This document shows positions 9,052-18,374 of a DNA stretch of 64,000 nt, in pieces. The notes below the pieces were generated by a model. It was not told where the DNA came from, did no database searches, and saw only the letters and a program-made list of their open reading frames with translations. Origin of the DNA: an uncultured Erysipelotrichaceae bacterium (lineage in GTDB: Bacteria; Bacillota_I; Bacilli_A; RF39; UBA660). A program made the position numbers and the translations under genes. The DNA lies in NCBI GenBank assembly GCA_902794075.1, contig CADBGE010000001.1, forward strand, positions 276,477 to 340,476, in the 5' to 3' direction. Every line of letters begins with the position of its first letter. Position 1 is the stretch's first letter.

Positions 9052-9453
9052 TTAAATTTTCTTGTTTTCTAATAACCAACAAACCATTTCAAAAGCTGCA
9101 TCAATAGGATTATTTAAATGATATGTTTCATATAATGTAGTACCAATATTAGAAACATATTCAAAACAGTAAGTTTCTCCTTGTGAATTATATCCTTTAT
9201 ATTGTTTAAAGCCGTATCTTTTATTATCTTCTATAATTTGAAATGGCATCAATTCTAACAGTGCAGTAAGGCTCCAGGCAGGATAGCATTTTCTTCCATA
9301 ATCTTTTTCAATTTCAGGATAGTAACCAACACTTAATTTCCATCCTTCATCAATAAGACTCCAATCATCCCACATCATATCAGCAGTATTGACATCAATA
9401 CCCAACTCTATGAGTTTTTTAGACTGTTCTTGCGATGTACAAATATTAGTCAT
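9052..9453 (-). CDS. hypothetical protein, MTNICTS paralog family member 2
   Basis: 133 aa. N- and C-terminal blocks are identical to 8643-9032 while the middle diverges. Confidence 0.6.
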   Translation of the reverse strand: MTNICTSQEQSKKLIELGIDVNTADMMWDDWSLIDEGWKLSVGYYPEIEKDYGRKCYPAWSLTALLELMPFQIIEDNKRYGFKQYKGYNSQGETYCFEYVSNIGTTLYETYHLNNPIDAAFEMVCWLLENKKI

Positions 9454-9459
9454 ATAGCA

Positions 9460-10206
9460 TTATTTTTTAACTGTATCAATCAATATATCTTTATATGCCT
9501 TACAATAATTAATCATATCTTCTTCATCATCAAATTTCTTATATGTTAATTCATAATCATTAAAGAAATTAGTTGGAATAAGTGAAAAAAGAGTAAAGTT
9601 ACAGAAGAAATCATTCTTTGTGTCATTAGAATCATATAGTTCAACCACAGGAACATTTACCTGATTCTTACCCATAAAAGTTTTCTTATTTATAATGTTA
9701 TGACGAGAACCGATAACTCCCCATGCATCATTAACATCATCATAAACAACTATCCGTCCACCATTAAAACCATAACCTTTACTTGCATATTCACATTCTA
9801 CAATATTATTAATAGACATATCAAATCTATATCCAGACTTCTCTATAAAAGTCATAGCATCAATATCATATATTGTACCATTTTCTTTAAATACTGAACT
9901 CATTCTAGAATTTTGATATGAATCTTCTTTATACGACAAAGATTTACCCCACTCTTCATCAGTAAACTTTAAAGGTGACAAAATTCTAAAATTTACAGCA
10001 TTACTAAATATGCGAGCAGCAATAGGTGCAGACATTCCACTATGTCCTTGCGTATCAAACATACTAAGTAAATCTATAATATCTTGTTCTTTACCACCTT
10101 CTCTACGATAATGTTCAATTGCATTACTGTCTTTAGCATACTTGCGGATAATTGGCAAAGCAAAACGATATGTTAACCAATTAATTGTTTTTTTCTTTAT
10201 GTTCAT
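9460..10206 (-). CDS. hypothetical protein
   Basis: 248-aa ORF. No family recognised. Confidence 0.55.
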   Translation of the reverse strand: MNIKKKTINWLTYRFALPIIRKYAKDSNAIEHYRREGGKEQDIIDLLSMFDTQGHSGMSAPIAARIFSNAVNFRILSPLKFTDEEWGKSLSYKEDSYQNSRMSSVFKENGTIYDIDAMTFIEKSGYRFDMSINNIVECEYASKGYGFNGGRIVVYDDVNDAWGVIGSRHNIINKKTFMGKNQVNVPVVELYDSNDTKNDFFCNFTLFSLIPTNFFNDYELTYKKFDDEEDMINYCKAYKDILIDTVKK

Positions 10207-10214
10207 TATATTAC

Positions 10215-10472
10215 TTATTTAATTTTTTTTAATTCTTTTGCCATATTCACAGTTTGTTCATGATCCATAATTAACTCCGTGCTTATTTTTATAACACCTA
10301 GATGTTTGTATGCAGCAACATCATATTCATGATATAGAGGAAGATCTTTAATTTCTTTTGCAACCTCCCCAATATGATATTCATTGAATTCTGTACCCCA
10401 TGGTGTTGTAACTTTTTGTTGGTACAAATTAGCATACCCGGAGAATTTTGTTAAATCAGTTTTCATTATCAA
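10215..10472 (-). CDS. hypothetical protein
   Basis: 85-aa ORF. Confidence 0.5.
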   Translation of the reverse strand: MIMKTDLTKFSGYANLYQQKVTTPWGTEFNEYHIGEVAKEIKDLPLYHEYDVAAYKHLGVIKISTELIMDHEQTVNMAKELKKIK

Positions 10473-10671
10473 AAAATTTAAAAATAGTTTCTATATTGTT
10501 ACTGAATTTCTGTTCTTGCTCTTCTAAACAATCAAGTAATTCTTGTAAAGTCATTTTAGATCCATAATATGGAATAATTTCTTCTTTAATGATATGAATT
10601 TTTCGTCTTGTTTGTTCTAGAAGTGCTTGATTTTCATAAAAATCATATTTAATTTTTGTACTATTTTTCAT
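10456..10671 (-). CDS. hypothetical protein
   Basis: 71-aa ORF with 4-nt and 17-nt overlaps on its neighbours. Confidence 0.5.
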   Translation of the reverse strand: MKNSTKIKYDFYENQALLEQTRRKIHIIKEEIIPYYGSKMTLQELLDCLEEQEQKFSNNIETIFKFFDNEN

Positions 10672-11198
10672 AATTCGGGATTATCATATATGTTTCCAAT
10701 AACTTTTACCCCAATAAGAGAATCTACATCATTTATATTGCACTCATTTGGATCATAATCAAAATATGGATTAGCAATTTCATGCTTTAAATCTTCTTTA
10801 TGAATTTCTCTAAAACCACGTTCACATATTGGTATTATACCATAATCATTTTCTACACCAAACATACCATCAGTAAATGTTACTATACCTGTAACTTTAG
10901 CCAATCGTATTCCATACCCAAGTAAATGAGGTTCGCAATCAGGATTTATGCAATAGGACTGCAATTCATAAAACTCTATAATATCTCCTTCATAGATTTC
11001 TTGACCATTTTTATCATACACATTTGAAAATTCACAAATAGTATCAGGTTTTACATATACAAAATCAATGGTTTTTACAGAACCTTTACCTACTTGAAAA
11101 TATATAACCGGACTGAGTTCATCTGTATAAACTATGTTTCCGTACACCCAATTATTAAAACCTAATTTTTGAGCTCTATATTTATGTATTCTATTCAT
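10668..11198 (-). CDS. yopX: YopX-family phage protein
   Basis: 176 aa. N-terminal HKYRAQ...NWVYGN and C-terminal IGNIYDNPEL match the hallmark ends of the YopX family as I recall them. Confidence 0.65.
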   Translation of the reverse strand: MNRIHKYRAQKLGFNNWVYGNIVYTDELSPVIYFQVGKGSVKTIDFVYVKPDTICEFSNVYDKNGQEIYEGDIIEFYELQSYCINPDCEPHLLGYGIRLAKVTGIVTFTDGMFGVENDYGIIPICERGFREIHKEDLKHEIANPYFDYDPNECNINDVDSLIGVKVIGNIYDNPEL

Positions 11199-11217
11199 AT
11201 TTTTTTAATTTTTGACA

Positions 11218-11253
11218 ATATTAAAATATAAACATACATCAAAAAATTCAAAA
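11218..11253 (-). promoter_or_regulatory. promoter-like motif copy (variant)
   Basis: aaattcaaa at 11245-11253 and attaaaatata at 11221-11231, upstream of the ATG at 11198. Confidence 0.45.
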
Positions 11254-11268
11254 ATAAATTATGAAACA

Positions 11269-11910
11269 CTAAATTAAATTATACTGTTTTAACTTATTAA
11301 CTTCGTCATCTGTAAGTTTTTCATTATGAATATACTTACGATATATATTACTTAATTGCTGTGTATAGTTACGAAATTCATGTAGTAATTTACAGTTATT
11401 ATGATATTGATGTGTGCATTTCCAAAATCCGTGACATGTGTCTGAATCATCAAAATCACCACCACAGTTAGGTGCATTTTTACATGGATTCATTGATGCT
11501 ATTAATTCATCAACAGGTTTCATTAATACTAACTCTTTCATAAGGTTATCATAGCGTTCAATATCTTCTTTAATATAGTCTTCTCTAATATTATCATCAA
11601 GTATAGTTTTAATACTTAAATGATTTAATGTTCTAATATTATAAGTTTTAGAACGATGATCCATTATTTCTAATATTAAATCAAGTAATGAAGGTATATC
11701 AGATAATTCTAAAACACCCTCAGAATTTTCATCATAAGTATCTATATCATCACAAGTATCTATATCATAATCATCAGGATCTTTATAATTAGCTGTTTCA
11801 GCATATACGGAATACATTGTGTCTATACCATATTTGTTAATCTCTACATTAATATTCTTTGGATAACCTGCTGCTATCACGAGAAATTTTATATACTCAC
11901 TTGTTGTCAT
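11269..11910 (-). CDS. hypothetical protein with Cys/His-rich C-terminal region
   Basis: 213 aa with CKNAPNCGGDFDDSDTCHGFWKCTHQYHNNC. Confidence 0.55.
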   Translation of the reverse strand: MTTSEYIKFLVIAAGYPKNINVEINKYGIDTMYSVYAETANYKDPDDYDIDTCDDIDTYDENSEGVLELSDIPSLLDLILEIMDHRSKTYNIRTLNHLSIKTILDDNIREDYIKEDIERYDNLMKELVLMKPVDELIASMNPCKNAPNCGGDFDDSDTCHGFWKCTHQYHNNCKLLHEFRNYTQQLSNIYRKYIHNEKLTDDEVNKLKQYNLI

Positions 11911-12227
11911 AATACTTTTCTTATATATAATTTTGGAAAATCAAAATATTCAGAATATACATTAGTTTTTAAAAAACCATCAGGATTTAAATACTCTACA
12001 TATATGTAATCTTTATATGCACGTGCATAACCATACAAAAGAATCTTTTCTACTTTAGACACATCTTTAGGTGGTTCAACAAACTCATTAGTTATAATAT
12101 TAATATTAAGTGGAGGAATATGTAGAGCTTGAATATATACTGGTATGAAATTTTCAGTTAAATCATTTAACCTAATTAAAACTAAATTGGGTTCTTCTTT
12201 TAATTTAATATATCGTTGTTCATTCAT
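11907..12227 (-). CDS. hypothetical protein
   Basis: 106-aa ORF with 4-nt overlap coupling. Confidence 0.5.
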   Translation of the reverse strand: MNEQRYIKLKEEPNLVLIRLNDLTENFIPVYIQALHIPPLNINIITNEFVEPPKDVSKVEKILLYGYARAYKDYIYVEYLNPDGFLKTNVYSEYFDFPKLYIRKVL

Positions 12228-12564
12228 TTTTCTTAATTCCTAATATTTCATTAAATACTCCAGCGCGAAACATTTTAAAAATATCATGTCCTCTTTTAAT
12301 TTCCTTGCAAGGAGAACCATCAATATGTAACTGCATCCCCGGTTTAACCTTCACATCTTTATTTTTATAGCAAAGATATATGTCATAACCTAAATCTATC
12401 AAATCAAATGACAAATGTGCAAGTGAAGTTGTAATAATATTATCACACCCGTCATCAATCATCTGCTGTGTAAAATCATAATAATATGTTGAATCAGCAA
12501 TGCCATTTGTCAATCTTGATAAAGACCAAAAATCAACACAAAAATATATTTTCCTTTTATTCAT
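12220..12564 (-). CDS. hypothetical protein
   Basis: 114-aa ORF. Confidence 0.5.
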   Translation of the reverse strand: MNKRKIYFCVDFWSLSRLTNGIADSTYYYDFTQQMIDDGCDNIITTSLAHLSFDLIDLGYDIYLCYKNKDVKVKPGMQLHIDGSPCKEIKRGHDIFKMFRAGVFNEILGIKKNE

Positions 12565-12584
12565 AATTCTTAAATGATTTTTTA

Positions 12585-12821
12585 TTAAAAAAACTTTAAA
12601 TCTCCAAAATTATACATTGAATACATTATACTTTCATACGGTGACTTATATTCTAGAATTACAATCTGTTCAGAATTAAATGTCTCTTCTCTATCTTTAT
12701 ACTTTTTAGATATGAAATTCAAAGCTTCATAAAAATCATTAAATTTCTTGTTTGTCAATTTAACAAGCTGACCACTAGTTACACGTGTTACTGTAAAATA
12801 TGGATATTTTTGTTCACTCAT
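12585..12821 (-). CDS. hypothetical protein
   Basis: 78-aa ORF. Confidence 0.5.
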   Translation of the reverse strand: MSEQKYPYFTVTRVTSGQLVKLTNKKFNDFYEALNFISKKYKDREETFNSEQIVILEYKSPYESIMYSMYNFGDLKFF

Positions 12822-12824
12822 AAT

Positions 12825-13598
12825 TTAACTAAATTCAATTAATACTTCATCCTTTTCAAAACTATTAAAAAAATCTCTAATGTTCTTATATAATGTTTCA
12901 GTATATCCTTCTACTAAATTATTGTTTTCATCAAATGTATAAGGCAGTCGTGAACCTTCATCAGTATTCTTATACCATTCAAGAAAATTAATTAGACTTT
13001 CCGCATCAGTCCAACCAAGTGGATTTGTTCCAGTAGGTGAAGTTAAATAAAATTCATCAGGCTGGTCAACAGGATACCCATAAACCCTGAAGAACTTTTT
13101 ATTTTTAAAAGGATTATTTATTTGCCTGCGTTCATCACTATCATCATATTCATGATAATATATATTACCATTATGAATTTTAATAAAGTATTTTAATGAA
13201 TTATTATTACGAATAAAATCATAATTATCAATGATAAGTTTAGAGACTTCATCAATATCATTGGACTTATCGGCAATATTCTTAACATTTGTTATTGTAT
13301 TAAGTTCTTTATTAAGATTTTTCATATACTGTTTATATGATTCCTGATGATAAAAAATACGTTCTTTAGTGTCTTCATCAATATAACTTACATCGTTTTC
13401 GTTATATGGATAATCTCCACGATCTACACCATTCATATAACTTTCATACCAATCAATTGCTGACTTAATATAATCATTATACTGTTTCTCAGTATATGTA
13501 TCAGCAAAATCTTTAATAAAATTATAACTATCATTAATGATACTCTTTAGTACATCAATGTTTTTAACTTTTCTATAAGACCAAGTATGACAACCCAT
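12825..13598 (-). CDS. hypothetical protein
   Basis: 257-aa ORF. Confidence 0.55.
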   Translation of the reverse strand: MGCHTWSYRKVKNIDVLKSIINDSYNFIKDFADTYTEKQYNDYIKSAIDWYESYMNGVDRGDYPYNENDVSYIDEDTKERIFYHQESYKQYMKNLNKELNTITNVKNIADKSNDIDEVSKLIIDNYDFIRNNNSLKYFIKIHNGNIYYHEYDDSDERRQINNPFKNKKFFRVYGYPVDQPDEFYLTSPTGTNPLGWTDAESLINFLEWYKNTDEGSRLPYTFDENNNLVEGYTETLYKNIRDFFNSFEKDEVLIEFS

Positions 13599-13612
13599 AA
13601 TTTTTAAATATT

Positions 13613-13909
13613 TTAAATTTCTGCGTATAAATCTAATTCACTAATGTAATTTTTAATCTCTCTAATTTTATGCAATTCTTTACCTGCCCAACATGCCCAA
13701 TCCTTTCGGTTTAGAAAAAACAATATTGATAATTCTTCTTCTGAAAATGTTTTTGTATTCTTAAACATCAATTCATCATTTTCATTAAGCCAAGGCTTAT
13801 TTAAAAATTGTACATAAAATTCTTTATAGTGATATGAGCCATCGTCTGCCCATTTTGAAAAAGGAACCTCTTCACAAAATTTATCACATTTTGTTATATA
13901 TATTTTCAT
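13613..13909 (-). CDS. hypothetical protein
   Basis: 98-aa ORF. Confidence 0.5.
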   Translation of the reverse strand: MKIYITKCDKFCEEVPFSKWADDGSYHYKEFYVQFLNKPWLNENDELMFKNTKTFSEEELSILFFLNRKDWACWAGKELHKIREIKNYISELDLYAEI

Positions 13910-14094
13910 AATTTAATATTTTTGACTTTTCCGCATTTCTTACATATTAATGTTTCATTTACCCATCTATCTTCTGTATCTGGATCATAATAATGTTGTC
14001 TATAATGTACATCATAATCATGTTTACATATCCACTCTTTAATATGGCTTGCTACATAAATAATAAATATAAGTGAAACAATTATTAAGTCCAT
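13906..14094 (-). CDS. small membrane-anchored CxxC protein, paralog of 15608-15790
   Basis: 62 aa with a hydrophobic N-terminus LIIVSLIFIIYV, then CKHDYD...CKKCGKVK. Confidence 0.5.
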   Translation of the reverse strand: MDLIIVSLIFIIYVASHIKEWICKHDYDVHYRQHYYDPDTEDRWVNETLICKKCGKVKNIKL

Positions 14095-14777
14095 ATCATA
14101 ATTTTTTTAAAAATAGCAATTATTTCATTACAATGTGTAAAACTATTAACTAATGAATAATCAGTTTCATGATCATTCATAAATTTTACAAGTTCATCAA
14201 TATCTGTAAATGTCTTATGAAAATATGTTTTGTTAAATGGATTATCATAATTAATATTTTCATTATGCTTATCGTTAAGTTTATTATGAACAGGTACGCC
14301 ACATTCTTGTAAAACATAGTTATTTTCTGCTAACTGACTAAAAAATTCCATTCTTTCATCTTCAGTAGCAAATCTTGCATTATTATAATTCAATTTATGA
14401 AATCTGCAAGTATGCATTTCTGCCGAATCTTCAAAAATGTAATTAAAGTAATAATAACAATCTTTACCTACATATATTAGATCACCATCACCATCTATAA
14501 TAACAGCACCTGTAAATCGAGGGTATAATATTTCTCGTCCAAATTCCCAATTTAAATTAGTTACATTTGGAAACAGTATGCACTCACATGATGAATTCTC
14601 ACCATAGTGATTACAATTAAATATGTTATCATTATAACTACATACAATGAATTTATCTGTTACTTCAATAACTGTCACATAATCTTTATGTTCTGTTGAC
14701 CATAGATCAAGATTATCATTAGTATTAACATCAAAGTTACGAATAATGTCCGCTATATTTATCTTATTTGTCATCAT
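14085..14777 (-). CDS. hypothetical protein
   Basis: 230-aa ORF, first gene after a promoter-motif copy. Confidence 0.55.
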   Translation of the reverse strand: MMTNKINIADIIRNFDVNTNDNLDLWSTEHKDYVTVIEVTDKFIVCSYNDNIFNCNHYGENSSCECILFPNVTNLNWEFGREILYPRFTGAVIIDGDGDLIYVGKDCYYYFNYIFEDSAEMHTCRFHKLNYNNARFATEDERMEFFSQLAENNYVLQECGVPVHNKLNDKHNENINYDNPFNKTYFHKTFTDIDELVKFMNDHETDYSLVNSFTHCNEIIAIFKKIMIWT

Positions 14778-14796
14778 ATCATTAAATAATTAAATA

Positions 14797-14837
14797 ATTA
14801 CGATTATAATATATAATAAAGAAGATGAAAATTCAAA
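14797..14837 (-). promoter_or_regulatory. 41-bp conserved promoter motif, class copy 3
   Basis: attacgattataatatataataaag...aaattcaaa with 32-nt spacing. The minus strand reads TTGAAT-17nt-TATATT-ATAATCGTAAT. Confidence 0.6.
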
Positions 14838-14840
14838 AAA

Positions 14841-15035
14841 CTAATTAATTTCTTCAAATTCTGCATCTTCTACATAAATATATTTTCCATTATTCATCTT
14901 ATGTAATGATGATTTTTTTCCATTATTCATCTTATGTAATGATGATTTATGATCTTGGTAACCAAGAAAACTATATATAATTTTATAACAAAAATCGTTA
15001 ATGAATTTCACTAATATTTTAATAAGTCTTCTCAT
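14841..15035 (-). CDS. hypothetical protein containing an in-frame tandem duplication
   Basis: 64 aa. SSLHKMNNGK is repeated twice. Confidence 0.45.
   Translation of the reverse strand: MRRLIKILVKFINDFCYKIIYSFLGYQDHKSSLHKMNNGKKSSLHKMNNGKYIYVEDAEFEEIN
14885..14948. repeat. two-copy 33-bp tandem repeat
   Basis: ttccattattcatcttatgtaatgatgattt at 14885-14915 and again at 14918-14948. Confidence 0.85.
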
Positions 15036-15268
15036 AATTTATATTCATGTGGTAAGCATTGTTGTAAGAAAAATGCCTTTGATTCATCAGTCATTGTATT
15101 CAATTGCAGATATTCGCAGGACTTTAAATGAACGGGCTTTCCTTCATGTTGATAATTTGCGATACATTGTGTGAACCTATCTTCACAATCTTCACAAAAT
15201 GCGCATTCGTCACAACGAATAGTGTCTTTACCAATTTTAATAAAATCTTCTTTATTCATATCAATCAA
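15032..15268 (-). CDS. Cys-rich small protein, paralog of 20274-20531
   Basis: 78 aa. DTIRCDECAFCEDCEDRFTQCIANY compares with DTIRCENCAFNENCEDNFDGCVANY. Confidence 0.55.
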   Translation of the reverse strand: MIDMNKEDFIKIGKDTIRCDECAFCEDCEDRFTQCIANYQHEGKPVHLKSCEYLQLNTMTDESKAFFLQQCLPHEYKL

Positions 15269-15271
15269 TTC

Positions 15272-15604
15272 TTAATCTTTAATAATTAATTCATAATCTA
15301 TTCCCAATCTTGCCGCAAGTTCCTGGACTGATTTAATGAACACTTCTCTCTTATCCTCAAAATTGAAATAGTATTCATATTTTCCATCAGGAAGGTTTAT
15401 TGCAGCTTCCCAAAGTTTCGCAAGTCTTTCACGTTCAGCTTTAGACAGTTCATCATAATTACCTAAATTAGAGTGACGCATTTCGTCGGATTGCTCAAAA
15501 CAAAAATCTGAAACCCTTTCAGGTGTTATATTAGCAATACCACAGAACACCCCATCACGATAATTCCATTTATTGTTTTCTATGTATAAATAACGATTTT
15601 CCAT
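15272..15604 (-). CDS. hypothetical protein
   Basis: 110-aa ORF. Confidence 0.5.
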   Translation of the reverse strand: MENRYLYIENNKWNYRDGVFCGIANITPERVSDFCFEQSDEMRHSNLGNYDELSKAERERLAKLWEAAINLPDGKYEYYFNFEDKREVFIKSVQELAARLGIDYELIIKD

Positions 15605-15607
15605 AAT

Positions 15608-15790
15608 CTATTTCCAATCTATAACTTTTTTCTTAAACTTACCGCATTTTCTACATTGATACATCTCAACTGTATGATAATACCAATCATCAAATGTACA
15701 TTTAATTCTCGTATGTTTACCTAAATATTCATAATCATGCTTACACAATAATCTACCGAACAATCGCATAATCTTCTTTGTCGTTTTCAT
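15608..15790 (-). CDS. small CxxC protein, paralog of 13906-14094
   Basis: 60 aa with CKHDYEYLG...CRKCGKFKK. Confidence 0.5.
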   Translation of the reverse strand: MKTTKKIMRLFGRLLCKHDYEYLGKHTRIKCTFDDWYYHTVEMYQCRKCGKFKKKVIDWK

Positions 15791-16001
15791 ATATATAATC
15801 TTCTTTCAATGACATATCTTCTTCTTTCATCATTTCCATACAATGTTGTCTACCAAGTTCGAGACAGTCTTCCATTTCTGGACCATATTGATTGTATTGC
15901 TCAAGTTCTTCCCAATCTTTCTTTAACTGTTCCTCAGAAGTATTTTCAAGATACTCTTCAAGTGCCTGAATAAGTTTTGAGCGTTGTTCTTTTGTAGACA
16001 T
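15753..16001 (-). CDS. hypothetical acidic protein
   Basis: 82-aa ORF. Confidence 0.5.
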   Translation of the reverse strand: MSTKEQRSKLIQALEEYLENTSEEQLKKDWEELEQYNQYGPEMEDCLELGRQHCMEMMKEEDMSLKEDYIYENDKEDYAIVR

Positions 16002-16004
16002 AAC

Positions 16005-16832
16005 CTATTTAACTTTTGATAATAATGTTAATACCGTAATTGATTTTGGCTTGAATGTTGTTTTAATATTATTTAAACATGATGAAACAGTGTTCCCTGA
16101 TGAAACAATATCATCAAGTAATAATACATTCTTATCATTTATCATATCTGAAACATTTTCACCATTGTCATCAATATATTTTATATATTTCAAATATTCT
16201 TTTGGAACGCATTTTGCCTCAAAATATTTGGATTTCATTTTACGAAATCCTTGTTTGATTTTTTCCCATGCTTCATTAAAATTATCACCAAGTTCTTCAC
16301 GTAACATGTTCATATCATCAACCAATGAATCAAAAACATCATCAGCATTCAGTTTCACAAAATAATTTTCAATGTTATTTGGAACGTTAAGAATCTTTGC
16401 AACAGATTTCATAAATCTTTCATTAAGACTTGATGATGACGGAACAATGATAATCGTATCATATTTCTTATCTAATTTTGAACATACATCAATGAATCGT
16501 CTTAGATATTTTCTAATGTCATCATCTGATATATTGAACTTCCATCCGTTTTTATTTTTCAATGCATATATGAAAGGATTGCCATCCCTCTGACGATTTT
16601 CAGTATCATATAGTTTTGTTCTTTTGAAGATAGAAATAATATCAACATCATCAATCTTATCATACACTGGATTATTCAATAATGAAAAATCTACTCCACG
16701 TGAATGATTGTCTGTTAATGATACTGTTCTATTTTCAGTATTTATGTCTATTCCTTCAACAATAAACATATCATCATCATGTATACTTGACAATGTATAT
16801 GATTCTTTTATATATGCGTTAAGAGGTTTCAT
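16005..16832 (-). CDS. phosphoribosyltransferase-like protein (type I PRT, ComF-like) with CTS-like leader
   Basis: 275 aa. The C-terminal VLLLDDIVSSGNT is the PRPP-binding loop of type I phosphoribosyltransferases. The N-terminus is MKPLNAYIKE. Confidence 0.6.
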   Translation of the reverse strand: MKPLNAYIKESYTLSSIHDDDMFIVEGIDINTENRTVSLTDNHSRGVDFSLLNNPVYDKIDDVDIISIFKRTKLYDTENRQRDGNPFIYALKNKNGWKFNISDDDIRKYLRRFIDVCSKLDKKYDTIIIVPSSSSLNERFMKSVAKILNVPNNIENYFVKLNADDVFDSLVDDMNMLREELGDNFNEAWEKIKQGFRKMKSKYFEAKCVPKEYLKYIKYIDDNGENVSDMINDKNVLLLDDIVSSGNTVSSCLNNIKTTFKPKSITVLTLLSKVK

Positions 16833-16894
16833 GCGTTATTTATGAATTATTTTTATGAATTATTCTATAGATTGTTTTTTAATCTTGGATTGAT

Positions 16895-17158
16895 TTAATC
16901 TTGGATTAATTCAAATTCATTTTGAGAGTCATCTTCAAATATACTCATTAAATTATATATACAGCCCAAATATTCTAAATAATAATAACCGTTATTATCA
17001 ATGATTCTATAATATGAAAAACAGTCAGCATCATCACATTCTTCAAGAATTAATTCTGAACCGTTTGTGTAATAATTATGATTATAACAACTTTCATAAT
17101 TACAATCATTAAATTCGATCTTAGAAACGTAATTAAATCCTGTGGTGTTAAAAATCAT
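16895..17158 (-). CDS. hypothetical protein (start trimmed)
   Basis: The ORF-track start at 17248 reads through the promoter motif at 17184-17224. The internal Met (MIFNTTGF...) at 17158 is the plausible start. Confidence 0.45.
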   Translation of the reverse strand: MIFNTTGFNYVSKIEFNDCNYESCYNHNYYTNGSELILEECDDADCFSYYRIIDNNGYYYLEYLGCIYNLMSIFEDDSQNEFELIQD

Positions 17159-17183
17159 AACTAATGTATTTTGTAAATTAATA

Positions 17184-17224
17184 ATTACGATTACAATATA
17201 TAATAAAGATAATGAAAATTCAAA
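17184..17224 (-). promoter_or_regulatory. 41-bp conserved promoter motif, class copy 4
   Basis: attacgattacaatatataataaag...aaattcaaa with 32-nt spacing. It overlaps the stop of 17220-17819. Confidence 0.6.
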
Positions 17225-17819
17225 ATTTTGACGACTGTATTTGCGCATCTATAATATTATTTACATCATTCCATGAAACAGGTGTAAAATTATTATTGTC
17301 AACACCTACATCATATTGTGAAGGAAATAATATATCCAATCTTGAGAAATCTAAACCTTTATCTGTATATGGTGACGTATGAACATGTCCAAATAATTGA
17401 TATGATGAGTCTAAACCTCTCCATGAACCAGAATAGCAAAGAAATGGAAAATGATTCAATATGACATGACGTTTACCAATTTTTAAATTATATTGTTGAT
17501 GAATTTCTTCAAAACGCCATGCTTGCTGCTTAACTATACTTCGCCAATCATGATTACCAACACACAAATAAATTTTTCCATTTAATCTTTCAAGAATATC
17601 ATGCACACGTTTTGTTGGTCCAAGAGCAACATCTCCTAAATGGAAAACAATATCGTCTTTACCAACAGCATTATTCCAATTATTAATTAATGTTTCATCA
17701 TGTTCATCAACATCAGTAAATGGACGATTACAATATTTGATAATGTTTACATGTGAAAAATGAGTATCAGATGTAAAAAATACATTATCTTTATTTATAT
17801 CTATTGTTATTGGTTTCAT
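17220..17819 (-). CDS. calcineurin-like metallophosphoesterase
   Basis: 199 aa with ordered motifs SDTHFSH (DxH), HLGDVA (GD), VGNHD (GNHD), LNHFP and GHVH. Confidence 0.75.
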   Translation of the reverse strand: MKPITIDINKDNVFFTSDTHFSHVNIIKYCNRPFTDVDEHDETLINNWNNAVGKDDIVFHLGDVALGPTKRVHDILERLNGKIYLCVGNHDWRSIVKQQAWRFEEIHQQYNLKIGKRHVILNHFPFLCYSGSWRGLDSSYQLFGHVHTSPYTDKGLDFSRLDILFPSQYDVGVDNNNFTPVSWNDVNNIIDAQIQSSKF

Positions 17820-17821
17820 TG

Positions 17822-18016
17822 TTACATAGGTGATAAATCTTCATAATATTCCCAGATAATATCCTCAAAGCCGTCCATTATATCTTCTTGCTCAACTAAT
17901 GGATGACCTTCATATTTTTCATAAATCTTATCAATTTCTTCTCTAATTCGAGATATAATCTTTTCCGCTTCCATTTTTTTAAAATTATATATTATACATT
18001 CCTTCTGGTGCTTCAA
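17822..18016 (-). CDS. hypothetical protein
   Basis: 64-aa ORF. Confidence 0.45.
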   Translation of the reverse strand: MKHQKECIIYNFKKMEAEKIISRIREEIDKIYEKYEGHPLVEQEDIMDGFEDIIWEYYEDLSPM

Positions 18017-18365
18017 GAGCTAATCCTTTGGTAATTAAACCACTATAGTCAAACATTTTCTTATTGAGCCAATCAAATTTTGCAACCATATTAGTAATGG
18101 AACAGCCTTGTGGCGATAGTGAAAGAAAATCATTCAATTCGTCCTTTGTCATACTTGACATTGCCCGATAGTATGGCTTAAATTCTAAAGCAGTATTGAC
18201 ATTAAAAATACTACCTCTATCATTCTTTACAAGTAACCAAGACTCTGAGATTCCGACAACTGTAAAAATCATGTTCTTTTCTACAACAGGAACATTGATT
18301 TTTACGCCATAATACAATCTAGTGCCAATATCTTTAAGTACTAAATCTTTTTCTTCTTGTGTCAT
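17985..18365 (-). CDS. hypothetical protein
   Basis: 126-aa ORF. Confidence 0.5.
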   Translation of the reverse strand: MTQEEKDLVLKDIGTRLYYGVKINVPVVEKNMIFTVVGISESWLLVKNDRGSIFNVNTALEFKPYYRAMSSMTKDELNDFLSLSPQGCSITNMVAKFDWLNKKMFDYSGLITKGLALEAPEGMYNI

Positions 18366-18374
18366 ATCAGTTTA

